Source of the DNA: Octopus bimaculoides
Taxonomy: Eukaryota
DNA length: 64,000 nt
Direction: 5' to 3'
Assembly (NCBI RefSeq): GCF_001194135.2
Contig: NC_068984.1
Span: 12,003,872 to 12,067,871 of the forward strand
The notes beneath the pieces are model-generated. The model was given only the letters and a program-made list of their open reading frames with translations, had not been told where the DNA came from and made no database searches. A program made the translations under genes and the position numbers. How positions within the stretch are numbered: position 1 is the first letter of the stretch; every line of letters starts with the position of its first letter. This document shows positions 37,466 through 50,157 of the stretch, in pieces.

Positions 37466-37779
37466 CTATCCCTGGGTCTTTGTGGTTACCGTCACAGTTG
37501 AAATCTTTAAAATAAATTTTTAAATTTTGCATATAGATGTAATATTTTGATGCTGAATCCAAATTTGTTATTCATTTATTCCAGAAAAATTTTGTGGAAA
37601 TGTTAGAGGTGTTTAAAGTTTGATAATTTTCATTATTTTCAGCCAATCAGAAAACAGCGTGTCCACTGCCTCTTCCATCATCTATCACAATAGCGAGAAG
37701 GGTGGGTTGGGGGCACAAACAAACACTCTTTGTGCACATGCACAGCACCTTTAGTTACTATGGAAACAGAGTTCTTTGC

Positions 37780-38185
37780 TCACTATTTTTTTATTCTTTT
37801 ATTTGTTTCAGTCATTTGACTGTGGCCATGCTGGAGCACCACCTTTTAGTCAAGCAAATCGACCCCAGGACTTATTCTTTGTAAGCTTAGTACTTATTCT
37901 ATCAGTTTCTTTTTGCTGAACCGCTAAGTTACGGGAATGTACACACACCATATCGAATGTCAAGCGATGTTGGTGGGGGGGGGGTACAAACACAGACACA
38001 CACTCACACACACACATATACATATATATGACAGGCTTCTTTCAGTTTCCGTCCACCAAATCCACTCACAAGGCTTTGGTCAGCCCGAGGCTATAGTGGA
38101 AGACACTTGCTCAAGGTGCCACGCAGTGGGACTGAACCCGGAACCATGTGGTTGGTAAGCAAGCTACTTATCACACAGCCACTCC
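37780..38185 (-). mobile_element. SINE family C, full length
   Basis: Reverse complement of the 17872 copy along its whole length. Confidence 0.9.
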
Positions 38186-38459
38186 AACAGAACTTCATGG
38201 TGATGTGTAGAATACTCACTTCTGATTGGCTAAAATACTCAAACTTTGCAAATTTTAAAAGCTAATAACTTTTTAATTATAAAGTTATAGGAAAAATTAT
38301 TTTCATTTTCATAATTAATATACAAAACTTAATACATATACCAAATTTGAAAACAATTGGAACAAAATTGGAGATAGTGATTCAAACCACAATGATCCCT
38401 CTACTCCACAGCAGAAGTGTCAAGGTCACATCCCCTGGTGAGAAGAGGATTGGCCTACA

Positions 38460-38645
38460 AGAGTCCTGTGTCAGTGCCATGTAAAAGTGCTTGTACTGGT
38501 GCCATGTTAAAAGCATCCAGCACACACTGTAAAGTGGTTGGTGTTAGGAATGGCATCCAGCCATTGAAACCTCCAGTTTGCCAGCTCTGGTCAAACTGTC
38601 CAACCCATGCCAGCATGGAAAACAGACGTTGAAGGATGATGATGA
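38460..38645 (+). mobile_element. Family A repeat
   Basis: CCATGTAAAAGTGC units, CCAACCCATGCCAGCATGGAAAAC, (GAT)n. Confidence 0.8.
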
Positions 38646-40041
38646 GGAGGAGGAGAATTATATAGCTATTAGTGAAGGATTATCAATCCGAGCAAAATAT
38701 CTTATATGGTTTCTTTTAGTACACCAGTCTAACAATATTGTTTAGATTAGTAAAGAACTCTGTATTCCTGTGACAGGGTCTGGGGTTACAGTTCATCACC
38801 ATTCTATATTGTAAATCCTTGGTTGGGCTCCAATCAAACTGGTGTTTATACTGAGTAATATACCAAACAAGGCATAAATAATGATCATTACATATTTCTT
38901 TATTGTAGTAAATTTGACTTACAGATGTTTCCAGTAGTCATTGTAGGTTTGTTATTGATTGGTTTTCTCAATTGGTTCATTGATCAGTTGAGAAAAATTG
39001 AACAACTTAGAGAATTATTGTTACTTTTGTCAGTTATTTCTGGTTACAAGCAAGCAGAACACTGAAAGAATGATATTGACATGGGAAGGGGAACAAAAAG
39101 AGACAAGTATAAGGTGAGTGGAAGAGAGATAAAAAGAAAAGGCGAAGTGAAGTGATGATTTGGTAAAGAAGAACTAAAGGGAAAAGAAGAGAGGAAGGAT
39201 TAGAAAGAATAGAGGAGGGGAAGCATGCCTGGAATAAGGGACCAAGGATGGCTGAAATTAAAGAAGGAACAGTCATAGAAACACTCATCACATTCAGAAA
39301 CATTTGCATTGTCTTCAGGTCAAATACTATTGAGATACTGTGTTGAAATTTGATGTAGGCCACTTATTCTAAATCTTTAATATTGGGTTGTTCGTGCTAT
39401 CTCACATTGGGAGTGAATTGTATTAGAAAAAATGAATGGTAAATGGGATGAAAAATCAGCAGTTACTATTTTATGATAGGGAAAATAGAGAAAGCTTTGG
39501 TAAGAGTGGACGCGAAAAAGAGGGAAAATGTGAGGTTAAAAATAAAACTAAAATAAAATCAAAGAGTTTTTTTTAAAAAAACAGATAAAACTGATGGCTA
39601 AATATAATTTTGAATTAAATAAAATGAAAAGAATTTTTAAAATTAAGGGTTAAAGATTAAAATTGAAAACCAAAAAATTTTGAAATTAAAGAATTAAAAA
39701 TTATAAGATTAAAAGATTAAAAATATGTATATATATATACATATGTGTATTCATACACACTGTGCTTGATGAATTGAAGGTAGGCAAACCAATATTCTGT
39801 GTTTAAATTGATAAATTTGAAATATAAATATTTAGAATTGTAATTATACATTTTTAAAGATTATCATTTATAAATAGAAATTGATAATTTCTCACATCCA
39901 TATGGTTTTTAAATATTTATAAATTACAGTTTTTATTATTTATAATTACAGTTCAAAATATTTATAGTTAGAATTTCTACTAGAATATTGGTGTGCTTGT
40001 CTTCAATTGATCCAGCTTAAGATGTATATATATGTATTCAT

Positions 40042-40084
<43 letters not shown>

Positions 40085-40087
<3 letters not shown>

Positions 40088-40490
40088 CATCATCATCATC
40101 ATCATCTTTGTTTAACATCTGCTTTCCATGCTGGCATGGGTTGGATGGTTTGACTGAGGGCTGGTGAGCCAGAATGCTGCACCAGTCTCCAATCTGATCT
40201 GGCAAAGTTTCTACGGCTGGATGCCCTTCCTAATGCTAACCACTCCGAAAGTGTAGTGGGTGCTTTTATGAGGGCTAGTACTTGCATCGGCCATGCTCAA
40301 ATGGTGCTTTTTACGTGCCACCTGCACAGGAGCCAGTCCGGCAGTATCGGCAATGACCACGCTCGAATAGTGCTTTTTATGTGCCACCGGCATGGGAGCC
40401 AGTCAGTGGCCCTGGCAATAATCACGCTCGAATGGTGCTTCTTACGTTCCACTGTCACGGGTGCCAGTCAGGCGGTATTGTCATTGGCCA
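40085..40490 (-). mobile_element. Family A repeat with several internal ~50-bp units
   Basis: Repeated CACGCTCGAATGGTGCTT..ACGTGCCAC units. Confidence 0.85.
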
Positions 40491-40514
40491 CATATAATTT
40501 ACATATAGTAATAA

Positions 40515-40825
40515 TGACAATGTGGAAGCGCAATGGCCCAGTGGTTAGGGCAGCAGACTCACGGTTATAGGATCGCGGTTTCGATTCCTAGACTGGGCAT
40601 TGTGTGTGTTTATTGAGCATAAACACCTAAAGCTCCACGAGGCTCTGGCAGGGGGTGGTGGCGACCTCTGTTGTACTCTTTTGCCCCAACTTTCTCTCAC
40701 TGTTTCTTGAGTAAAGCTGCAATGGACTGGCGTCCCGTCCAGCTGCTGGTGGTGGTGGGAACACACGCTATAGAAACAGGGAAACCCAACCCATGAGCCT
40801 GGCTAGGCTTTAAAAGGGCGCATAA
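40515..40825 (+). mobile_element. SINE family T
   Basis: Colinear with 14535-14820. Confidence 0.85.
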
Positions 40826-41189
40826 ATAATAAAAAAAATAATGACAATATTGGATGGAATTTATAAACATTTAATGTATCACTACACACATTTCCACAAA
40901 TCACATGTCTCTTAAGATCACAGTTCATATTCCTGATTACAGTGTAGTATCCATTGGCATTGGGATTCATTTCTTCAGGCAATATAACATTAATGGATGT
41001 TTAACAGAGGGTTGTTTATCCCCTTTGACCAATGTGAAGGTTGATGTAACCCCAAAAAGCTGGTTCACTAGTCAGCAACACTAGACTGTCACCAGCATAA
41101 TGGAAGAGGAGTTTTATTTGCATATTCAAAAACATTTCCCGTCAACAAATTAAAAAGATAATTTACACCCACATACATACATGTAGCTG

Positions 41190-41460
41190 TGGTCAGTGCT
41201 CCCTGACTGGCTCCTGTTCCGGTGGCATGTAAAATGCATCATCCAAGCATGGTCAATGCCAGGCCCACCTGACTGGCTCCTGTGCTGGTAGCACATAAAA
41301 AGCATCCACTACATTCTCAGAGTGGTTGGTGTCAGGAAGGGCATCCAGCTGTAGAAACTCTGCCAGATCAGATTGGAGTTTAGTGCGACCTCCTGGCTCT
41401 CCAGACCTCAGTCAAACTGTCCAACCCATGCAAGCATGGAAAGCAGATGTTAAATGATGC
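41190..41460 (+). mobile_element. Family A repeat
   Basis: GGTGTCAGGAAGGGCATCCAGCTGTAGAAACTCTGCC..ATGGAAAGCAGATGTTAAATGATG. Confidence 0.85.
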
Positions 41461-43439
41461 TACAGTTTTGTTGAGAAGTTAAAGTAGGTTTCATTTTTAT
41501 CACTGATCAATATGGCTGGTCATTCATAAATGACTCTTAACTCATTTCATTAATTGTGTGTGACTGGCTGATAAAGTTGAGGATTCTAATTCATCTCAAA
41601 TGAATATTTTTGTCTGAAGGATGCTGCTTTTCTTGTGAAATAGCACCAGACCAAATTCAATATGTGAAAAAAAGAAAAAAAACCCAGTCCAAGTAACCAT
41701 CATTGTCATCATCATCAATGTCGTTGTTGCTGTCGCTGTCGTTGTCATTTACTGTTCGGCTTCCATGATGTTAGCATGTAATGACAACTATTACAAAGCG
41801 AGGTTCATGAATTTCAACAAGTTTTTTATACAATGGTAAAAAGGGAAGGTGACATTTCAGGACTCTCTTTGTCTGACAGGAAAGATATTTTCAGTTAATT
41901 TCTTTTCAGACATGGCTAGGTCCAACTGTATGGTTAAGAAGTTTGCTTCTCCGTCATGCGGTTTCATGTTCAATCCAACAGCATAACACCTTGGAAAAGT
42001 GAATGGATTTGGTAACAGGAAACTGAAAGAAACCTCTTGTATATGTATGTATGTGTGTGTGTGGAGGGAGGTCTCCTTGTCTTGACAAATTGCAATAGAT
42101 ATAAATGAATATTGCCATTATACAAATAGGGTCTTCTATGAAGACATGTCTAGCTACGAGGAAATATTACCTTGGTGAGGATTGGTAAGGGAAGGGCACC
42201 TGGCTGTAGAAAATCCATCTCAAAAAATGTTGTTTGACCTGACCCTTGTGAGTATGGAAAAGTGGATGTCAAAACGATGACATCCAACTGAGACAAAATG
42301 CTAGTCTTGGATCATATCAGACTCCTTTCCTCTCTGAAGTATGCAATCTTAGCCTAACTCGTTGGGTATGCTATGTTTACTGCTGTAACAGATTAATTTA
42401 TTTCTTTACCAAAGAATTGTTATCAAATCTGACACACTTTAAGCAATCATTTTATTGCTTAGCCTGAAGGAAGTGCAGAATACAGGACCCTTTTCAGGGC
42501 CTGCAAAATTGTTGAGAGAGCGGGGGGAGCATATCCTCAAATTGGAGACTAGGCCTGAACATTCTGACTTGTCACCATTGTCAAGCAAACATTCACACAC
42601 ACACACAAACACACACACAAACACACACACACACACACACACTTACTCACTCTCTTTCTTTCCCTCCTGCTTTCTTTCTCTCGTCTTTCACATGTTTCTC
42701 TTAACATCTGGACTTACTCTGTGTGTGTGTTGCTACCTCCCATAGTAGGACAGTACCATTTAGCAACATAACCATTTAGCAATTATGTAATTTGAACTAT
42801 GTTTTACACCTTGTTCATCAAAGAAGAACTGATACAAACATTTATATTGCTAACTAACAATTGATGCAATCTAACACTGCAGCATACATTTATACATAAA
42901 TGCATCTCCTCTGCTCTGCAATCTTCACTGACTGTTGCTTTACATGAACACAAAAACATTTTTCAATTTTTGAACAATTTGCAAGCATAAAAATTTGGCA
43001 TTTATTTTTTTGTTTATTTAATTTCATTTGGCTTCATGTTTTTTTTCTTCTTTTTTTTTTGTATATTTTATGTGACATACACTTTAGACATAGCATGAAC
43101 ATATTTAACCTTTAGTATTCAAACCAGCCATACCTGGCCCAAATTTTCTCCCTGTTTTATGTTCAAACTGGCCAGATCTAGCCTCTCACATTTACTCTAC
43201 ATGTCATTCTAAAAATATACAATCATATCATTGAAATGTTGAAGCTATCAGATAAAACATGATTAACTCAAAACAATGTGAATAAATAAGCATTACATCT
43301 GACAAATAATCTGATTGCTAAAGAGTTAAACCATCAACTACTAAGTCATATTACTACTGGTCTTTAGTTTCACACTGTGGGGAGATTCCTGTGGTAAATC
43401 TCCCTTGGAACTGATCCTTTAATACATCTCTTTTACTCT

Positions 43440-43800
43440 TTTACTAGTTTCAGTCTTTTGACTGTGGCCATGCTGGAGCACCGCCTTTAGTCGAGCAAAT
43501 CGACCCCAGGACGTGTTCTTTGGAAGCCTAGTACTTATTCTATAGTTCTCAGGGATATTCAGCGTGACACAGTGTGACAAGGCTGACCCTTTGAATTACA
43601 GGCACAACAGAAACAGGAAGAAAGAGAGAAAGTTGTGGTGAAAGAGTACAGTTAGGGTTTGCCACCATCCCCTGCCAGAGCCTCGTGGAGCTTTAGGTGT
43701 TTTCGCTTAATAAACACTCACAACGCCCAGTCTGGGAATCAAAACCGCGGTCTTATGACCGTGAGTCCGCTGCCCTAACCGCTGGGCCATTGCACCTCCA
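43440..43800 (-). mobile_element. Family C 3' end joined to a family T copy
   Basis: GACTGTGGCCATGCTGGAGCACCGCCTTTAGTCGAGC, then reverse complement of the family T head (GCTGCCCTAACCGCTGGGCCATTG). Confidence 0.8.
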
Positions 43801-43908
43801 CAGTAGGAGTGTAAGTCCTCTGCAAACCCCTTTTTATTTCTGGAAAGAGGCGGTCCACATTAATCTTTTTTCTGTCCTTTGATCTATCCAGCATAGAATC
43901 CCTACCAG

Positions 43909-44076
43909 CACTAATGTAGCTAGGGTATGTGCCACCCAGGATAGCCCTTTAGTTTGCTGTCCCCCGTCCCCAACAAAAAATACATTGCCTACAGCAGACC
44001 CAAAAGTGGTGCCTCCCCCATAAAAGTGCCACCCAGGGCAGACCATCCCATCCACCCAGTTCTAGCTATGCTAGTG
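43909..44076. mobile_element. hAT-type MITE
   Basis: Imperfect TIR CACTAATGTAGCTAG / CTAGCTATGCTAGTG; perfect 8-bp TSD CCTACCAG at 43901-43908 and 44077-44084. Confidence 0.8.
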
Positions 44077-44974
44077 CCTACCAGGAGCTTGCACTTCATT
44101 GGCATAGCTTTCCGGGTCACCGAGGCATACAAGTCACCAAGCCACAACAAGGATTGGACCCTGTAGTGGGTGCGTTGTATACCTGGAGCATGCTTCAGAA
44201 AATTGGTCATGCTGCTTGTTCACTATGTATGCTAATGAATTCAGACTTGTACATTCTGTTGACAGGAATGAAGTGATTACAGAGGTTTTTCTCTGTTACA
44301 ACACTCTCCACTTAAGATTTCCTTCGACAGGTGACAACATGAATTAGGAAATAGCTTTTCATTTCTTTTTATTGTATGGAGAAATGAGAGCATTACTCTT
44401 GTTTTTCCTTCTTGTTGTTGTCATTTAGCTCCAGGTCAACCTGATTGAACAGACTTATGATTAAAAGCATTCTGAAAGTGGCTTTCCCTTATTTTCCTGT
44501 GTAGGTAACTCAAACCACATTATCCAATATTTCTTTTATAAAGTAAGACGTGATTTAAGGGTAATTTGGCTGCTATTTCTACCAGGTCAGACGACCATAT
44601 AAAATGGTTCCCTTTTTGATTCATTTTTTTCCTTTGTTTGAATCTAAGCTCGGTGAAGGGCTGAACTTAGTAGTTCAGTTGAATGAATACAGACTGGACT
44701 TATTTCAATGGCAACAAAATAACGCGAAAAACAAAATAAATAAACTAAAATGAAGAAGAAAATTTTGGAAAGCAGTAACAAGTACACTTTGAAAAATATC
44801 CCAAAATGGAGGATCTGTCAAAGTATTTGTAGAAACACTTGGTAACTACTAAAGGCATACATCTTCATGTGAATTACATCTACTTGAAAAATGGTAGATG
44901 ATGCCAAAAAAGTAGTAACTTTGGTCATTTACAACTGTAGTCGTTCATGGCATGTGTCAAAAAATTTATGTCTT

Positions 44975-45330
44975 ATCTTTTTCTTATTGCAGTCATTAGA
45001 CTGCAGCCATGCTGGAGCACTGGCATAAAGGGTTTAGTTAAACAAATCAACCTCTGTAATTATTTTTTAAGCCTGGTACTTATTCTATTAGCCTCTTTTA
45101 CCTCACTACTTAGTTAAAGAGACGTAAACAAACCAACACCAGTTGTCAAGTGGTGAGGAGATCAGACATATATACACACACATGACAGGTTTCTTTCAGT
45201 TTCTATCTATCAGATTCACTCACAAGGCTTTGGTTGGCCCAAGGTATAGGTAGAACACACTTGCTCAAGGTGCCATTCAGTTGGATTGAACCTGGAACCA
45301 TGTGATTGGGTAGCATACATCTTACCATAC
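44975..45330 (-). mobile_element. SINE family C
   Basis: ACTGCAGCCATGCTGGAGCAC..CACTTGCTCAAGGTGCCA..CCTGGAACCATGTG. Confidence 0.8.
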
Positions 45331-46120
45331 AAGGAAGTTAATAACAGCCTCATAACCAGTCTCAGAGGAAAGTAAACCAATGAATTCAGTTTTAATAAAT
45401 TGCCTATAAATACAAAAACAGAAACATTGAGTGGAAATAGATAGCAATAAACCTTCAGTAAATAAATTACAAATGGTAAAATGTTTGCAAATGGCACCCA
45501 GTCTTCTTTAACGAATGTAAACAGCAATGCATCTTCACTGTCGGATTTGGTTACTGTTAGAGATTTCTGCAACATTGGGTTTGAATACAACAAAGCTGTT
45601 AACAAACTGCAAAATTCAAAGGTAATCTTTTTTGTGTGTGTGTGGGGGAAGGTGGGCAACAAGAATAACATTTTTGGCAAGTTTGCCAAATTATTTTCTT
45701 TTACCAAAGATATATTTTCTTTCTTGTTTACATATTTCTCTTGGTTCTGAGAATTTGAAAATAATTTTGAAAAGTTTTTGGAAAAAAAAGAAGGATTCAG
45801 AAATAAGATATTTCGTTCATGTTTGTTTCATTAAGTTTACTTATAATTGTTACAAATATACTTTTTTCTGACATTATACACGTAAATGCATGCATACATG
45901 TGTTGTGTATGTTTACAAAGTAGTTAGTCTCCTGATTTCTGAGTTTGGCTTTGTTGCTCTTCCAAGTTAGATCTGTAAAAGGTTGAATTATGTTGGCACT
46001 GGAAGGGTGTCACACAATTCCTTACACCAATGTTTTTAGGAAAATTAGCAGAACAAGAAAGTATTTAACAAAAACAATCTTTTATTTGGTATGAACAAAA
46101 TGTACAACTCGGGACAATCA

Positions 46121-46480
46121 GTAGCCAGGTCTGGTGTTGAAACAGCAAAGTTGGTATTAATCTTACTTTATGAAGACAATATTACACTTGGAACAAACTG
46201 CGGTCAGGCCAGGTGTAGAATCAGCAAAGATAGAATTAATCATTCTTCATGGAGACAATATTACACCTTAGAACAAACAGTGGTCAGGTCAGGTCTAGAA
46301 CCAGCAAAGATAGAGTTGATCATTCTTCACGGAGACAATATTACACCTTAGAACAAACTGTGGTCAGGTCAGGTATAGAAACAGCAGAGTTAGAGTTAAT
46401 CATACTTCATGGAGGCAAGATTATACCTTGGTCAGGTCAGGTGTAGAAACAGCAAAGCTGGAGTTAATAAAACTTTGTGA
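46121..46480. repeat. About five tandem 80-bp units inside the LTR
   Basis: GGTCAGG units starting at 46201, 46281 and 46361 (period 80), diverged unit near 46121, shortened unit at 46429. Confidence 0.9.
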
Positions 46481-46652
46481 AGGCATTCTTCACAGAACTC
46501 CAGTAAGAATCAGAGCTGGTCAAATTCCAAGTGTCTGGGACAGGAGTGTAGGCGAACTCAGAGCTGCTAAAAACATGTCTAGAAGGTTCAGCAGCTGCGT
46601 CTCGAGTCCTAGGCGCAAGAGACGCAAGAGAACTTTTTTCCCACCAGTTTTC

Positions 46653-46740
46653 TGTGCATGCGCATGAGGGAACTTCCGGCAGGCCTTCCAGAAGATTCCA
46701 ACCCTGTGCATGCGTGCTGAAGACTCTCAAGATGACGTCA
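46653..46740. promoter_or_regulatory. NRF1-like, ETS and CRE motifs in the LTR
   Basis: TGTGCATGCGCA 46653-46664 (11 of 12 to TGCGCATGCGCA), ACTTCCGG 46672-46679, TGACGTCA 46733-46740. Confidence 0.6.
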
Positions 46741-46749
46741 CTACAGATC

Positions 46750-47040
46750 TTTTGTATTTTACTTGTTTCTGCCACTGGACTGCAGTCATGTTGGGTCACT
46801 ACATTGGAGAGTTTAGTCAAACAAATCAACCTCTGTACTTAACTTTTTAAGCCTGGTTCTTATTCTCATCATCTATTGGGGTTTTTTTGCCAAGCCACTA
46901 AGTTATGGGCACATATAAAAAACCAACACTAGCTGTCAAGCAGTAGTAGGGGAGAAACATACAATAAGGCACACATATGATAGGCTTCTTTCAGTTTCCA
47001 TTGACTAAATCCATTCACAAGGCTTTGGTCAGTCTGGAAT
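46750..47040 (-). mobile_element. SINE family C, decayed
   Basis: TTTTACTTGTTTCTG..GACTGCAGTCATG..CTTCTTTCAGTTTCC..CACAAGGCTTTGGTC. Confidence 0.75.
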
Positions 47041-47185
47041 TATACTTAAAGTTATTTTAGTGCTTACTTTAAACAAATTTCTATATCAATAACTTTTGAA
47101 GAAAAATCCTCCTTTTCATGCAAATGTACAAATCAGCTATCACTCTATTTTTAAATCTCAAAATGGGAGATATTCAGCAACAGTA

Positions 47186-47464
47186 CTTTGGAGTAAAGAT
47201 TGTTTGCCAACATAACATGGCAGTCCTGGTTTAGGACGAATGTTGCTGTAATTTAGCCCCAGGAGACATCATCTCCAGCTGGCTATACAACACGATCTGT
47301 GTCCTTATATTTTCAGGAGCTAGATTCCCTTGTTCAAAAATATAAGGTCACAAATCATGTTGTATAGCCAGCAGGAGACGATGTCTCCTGGGGCTAAATT
47401 ACAGCAACATTCATCCTAAACCAGGACTGCCGTGTTATGTTGGCAAACAATCTTTACTCCAAAG
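47186..47464. mobile_element. Foldback/MITE hairpin with ~125-bp arms
   Basis: 47186-47313 is the near-perfect reverse complement of 47336-47464. Confidence 0.9.
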
Positions 47465-47877
47465 ATATCATTCTGTTAGGAAATTGAGTCACCATTCCTT
47501 CGAAGGCAGTTTGAAGCTACATTATCAAAGAGTTGCACCCTATTTTCCAGGGATACAAGGAATTTATTTGATTTCTGAATTGAGTGCATTTGGTTTCTAT
47601 AATAAGTGTGAATGGCTTCTCCAATGAGTGCAGCTGGCTTCTATTACACATACAATGAACACAGGTGGCTTCTATAAAAGTATAGCTATTTACTACAAGT
47701 GTAAATGACTTCTACAACAGTGCAACTGACTTCTACAAGTGAAGCTGACTTCTACAGCCCTAGATTAGTTTCAAAACTAATCCATTCTTAATCACTAATG
47801 GATTTAAAAACTAATCCATGCAATATCATCACTATGAGTTTGAAAACTAGTCCAAACAAGTCAGATATATCCACCTT

Positions 47878-48240
47878 ATCATCATTTAACATCTGTTTTC
47901 CATGCTGGCATGGGTTGGACAGTTTGACCAGAGCTGACAAACTGGAGATCTGCACCAGGCTCCAGTCATCTGTTTTGGCATGGTTTCTCCAGCTGGTTGC
48001 CCATCCTAATGTCAACCACTTTACAGAGTGTACTGAGTGATTTTTACATGATGTCTATTTGGGTTTTTTGTACATAGCACCAGCGTGGGTAATTTTCATG
48101 TGGCACCAGCATAGACGTTTTTCCATGTGATGTCAGCATGGGTGCTTTTTACACAGCATGGCCATAATTTTACTTGGCTTGATGTGTCTTCTCAAGCACA
48201 GAAAATCACCAGAAGTCTCAGTTCCTCATCATCTCCTCTG
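47878..48240 (-). mobile_element. Family A repeat extending into the RTE ORF end
   Basis: Family A core, then GGCTTGATGTGTCTTCTCAAGCACAG (reverse of AVLEKT coding end). Confidence 0.8.
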
Positions 48241-48269
48241 TGGAACTCAACCTTAAAAAAAAGGAAGGA

Positions 48270-48480
48270 AGATATAACATTCTTATAATGGAAGGTTGGA
48301 AATATCTGCTGTATCATAATCCAACCAGATGGCCATTTGAATCATAATATTTCACAAGGCTAGGAATTTGATGAGGGGCTGATCTCTACAAATATACATG
48401 AGAAGTTGAATGGGTACACACTAGACTTAATACATAACTCACAATACCATTTTTCTCCCAAATCTATGACAAAGCTGCTG
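48270..48480 (+). mobile_element. Possible Helitron Pif1 helicase C-terminal remnant
   Basis: Frameshifted DGHL..IFHKARN resembles HGQLYVAFSRAR; very decayed. Confidence 0.25.
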
Positions 48481-49074
48481 CTGTTGTGGAACACTTTGGA
48501 TCACATGATCACATCCAAAGAAAAGGTCAATCAACTGATTGACACGAAACCATTCACAGACATACATGAATTACTCTTATTAACCTCAAACACAGGAAGT
48601 AAACTGGCAGAATTGTTAGTGCACCAGGTGAAATACTTAGCAGTATTTTGTCCATCCTAACATTCTAAGTTCAAATTTCACTGCGGTCCACTTTGCTTTT
48701 TGTCCTTTCAGGGTCAATAAAATAAGTACCAGTTGTTCACTGGGGTCGATGTAATTGACTCAACCACTCTTGGGTAAGAGTATAAAAAACTGCACCCTTC
48801 TGTTGAGCCAGTGTCGAAAAGTAGGTTCATCAAACCAGTGGAGAGAACATGCTAAGGTTTTCCTCCTGCAGTGGACTGAACATAGGTACTCCAAACCTAT
48901 CCCAATCCAATCTCAAACACTAAACAGAAAGACAAAAACTATCACAGAGACCAAATTACTTTACCTGCTGTTGCTATGACCTTTGCTGCCAGAACCTACA
49001 GAGATAGACTGGATATTGGACAGATTGTATCATTCTTATACATCAACATCACAATATCACACGATAGATGTAAA

Positions 49075-49505
49075 TGTGTGGTTAAGAAACTCACTTTGCA
49101 ACCACAAGGTTTTGAGTTCAGTCTCCCTGAATGGCATTTTGGGCAAGGTGTCTTCTACTATAGTCCAGTGCTTTGTAAATGAATTTTGTATATGGAAACT
49201 GTGTGGAAACCCTTCATGTGTGTGTGTGTGTGTGTGTGCATTCATGTGCATATGTGTGCGTGCGTGCGTGTGTGTGTGTGTATGTGTGTGTGTATGTGTG
49301 TGTGTGTGTGTGTGTGTGTTCACTCCAACTGCTTGATAACCAGCATTGGTTTGTTTAAGTCCTTGTACCTTAGTGGTTTGGCAAAAAGGCTGATGGAAAA
49401 AGTACCAGTCTTAAAAATAAGTGCAGGAGTTTATTTGTTTGATTAAACCGTTCAAGGCTATGCTCCAGCATGGCCGCATTCCAATGAGCGAAACAATTAA
49501 AAGAT
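49075..49505 (+). mobile_element. SINE family C with (GT)n insert
   Basis: GGCATTTTGGGCAAGGTGTCTTCTACTATAG..GCTCCAGCATGGCCGCA..GAAACAATTAAAAGA. Confidence 0.8.
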
Positions 49506-49514
49506 AACAGATAA

Positions 49515-49656
49515 CTAACCACTGCATGTTGGAATATGTCAAGTAGGTTTATTCAGTTGGATAAATTGCAGGATGTACCTGGAGCTATGGAGCTGTGGAT
49601 CATCCCCGGCCATTTGACCAGCTACATAAGGACCTCAATCAGGACTGACCTGAGGC

Positions 49657-49730
<74 letters not shown>
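49515..49730 (+). mobile_element. LINE 3' end with (GA)n tail
   Basis: HPRPFDQLHKDL resembles RTE GRPR.RW.D.L..DL; (GA)n at about 49660-49730. Confidence 0.5.
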
Positions 49731-49735
<5 letters not shown>

Positions 49736-50004
49736 GTGTGTGTGAGTGATGAGATCCTTAGAAAAGTCAACTTGGCATAAACATGAGGTTTAAATTTGAT
49801 TTTCAAAACCATCTTCTGCCTATCTCTCAATTGCTTCCAAAAATAAGTTGGTGTTAAGAAAATTATTTTTATTTTTAGACAGTCTTAATTTGGCAGACTT
49901 CTCTTAGCTTCTAGCAAATAATCTAATGATTAATAACAGACATTGATGATAAGTAAACCAAACTCACATGTTTCAAGGTTTCAGATTTTGGAAGCAAGGT
50001 ACAG

Positions 50005-50116
50005 AGATAGACAGATAGACAGAGGGATAGATAGCGAGATAGATAAATAGATAGATAGATAGATTGATAGATAGATAGACAGATAGACAGATAGACAGAT
50101 AGATAGATAGATAGAC

Positions 50117-50157
<41 letters not shown>

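Larger units (their letters stand above)
45974..46745 (-). mobile_element. Solo LTR (probably Gypsy-type), 772 bp
   Basis: TGTA...TACA termini, 4-bp TSD GATC at 45970-45973 and 46746-46749, promoter motifs at one end and minus-strand AATAAA at 46082-46087. Confidence 0.75.

Noticed and set aside
37341-37562. 73-aa minus-strand ORF that looks protein-like
   Set aside because: It is the antisense of an RTE 3' fragment
38924-39067. 46-aa hydrophobic ORF and nearby exon-like segments (about 38775, 40979, 44267)
   Set aside because: Could not be chained into a consistent model; expected by chance in AT-rich DNA
46121-46480. CRISPR-like or C/D snoRNA array reading of the 80-bp repeats
   Set aside because: No unique spacers and eukaryotic context; the ATGAAGA..CTGA spacing is short and the C box non-canonical, so snoRNA is unsupported
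47630-47760. Short GACTTCTAC-containing tandem units
   Set aside because: Degenerate minisatellite with no supporting context
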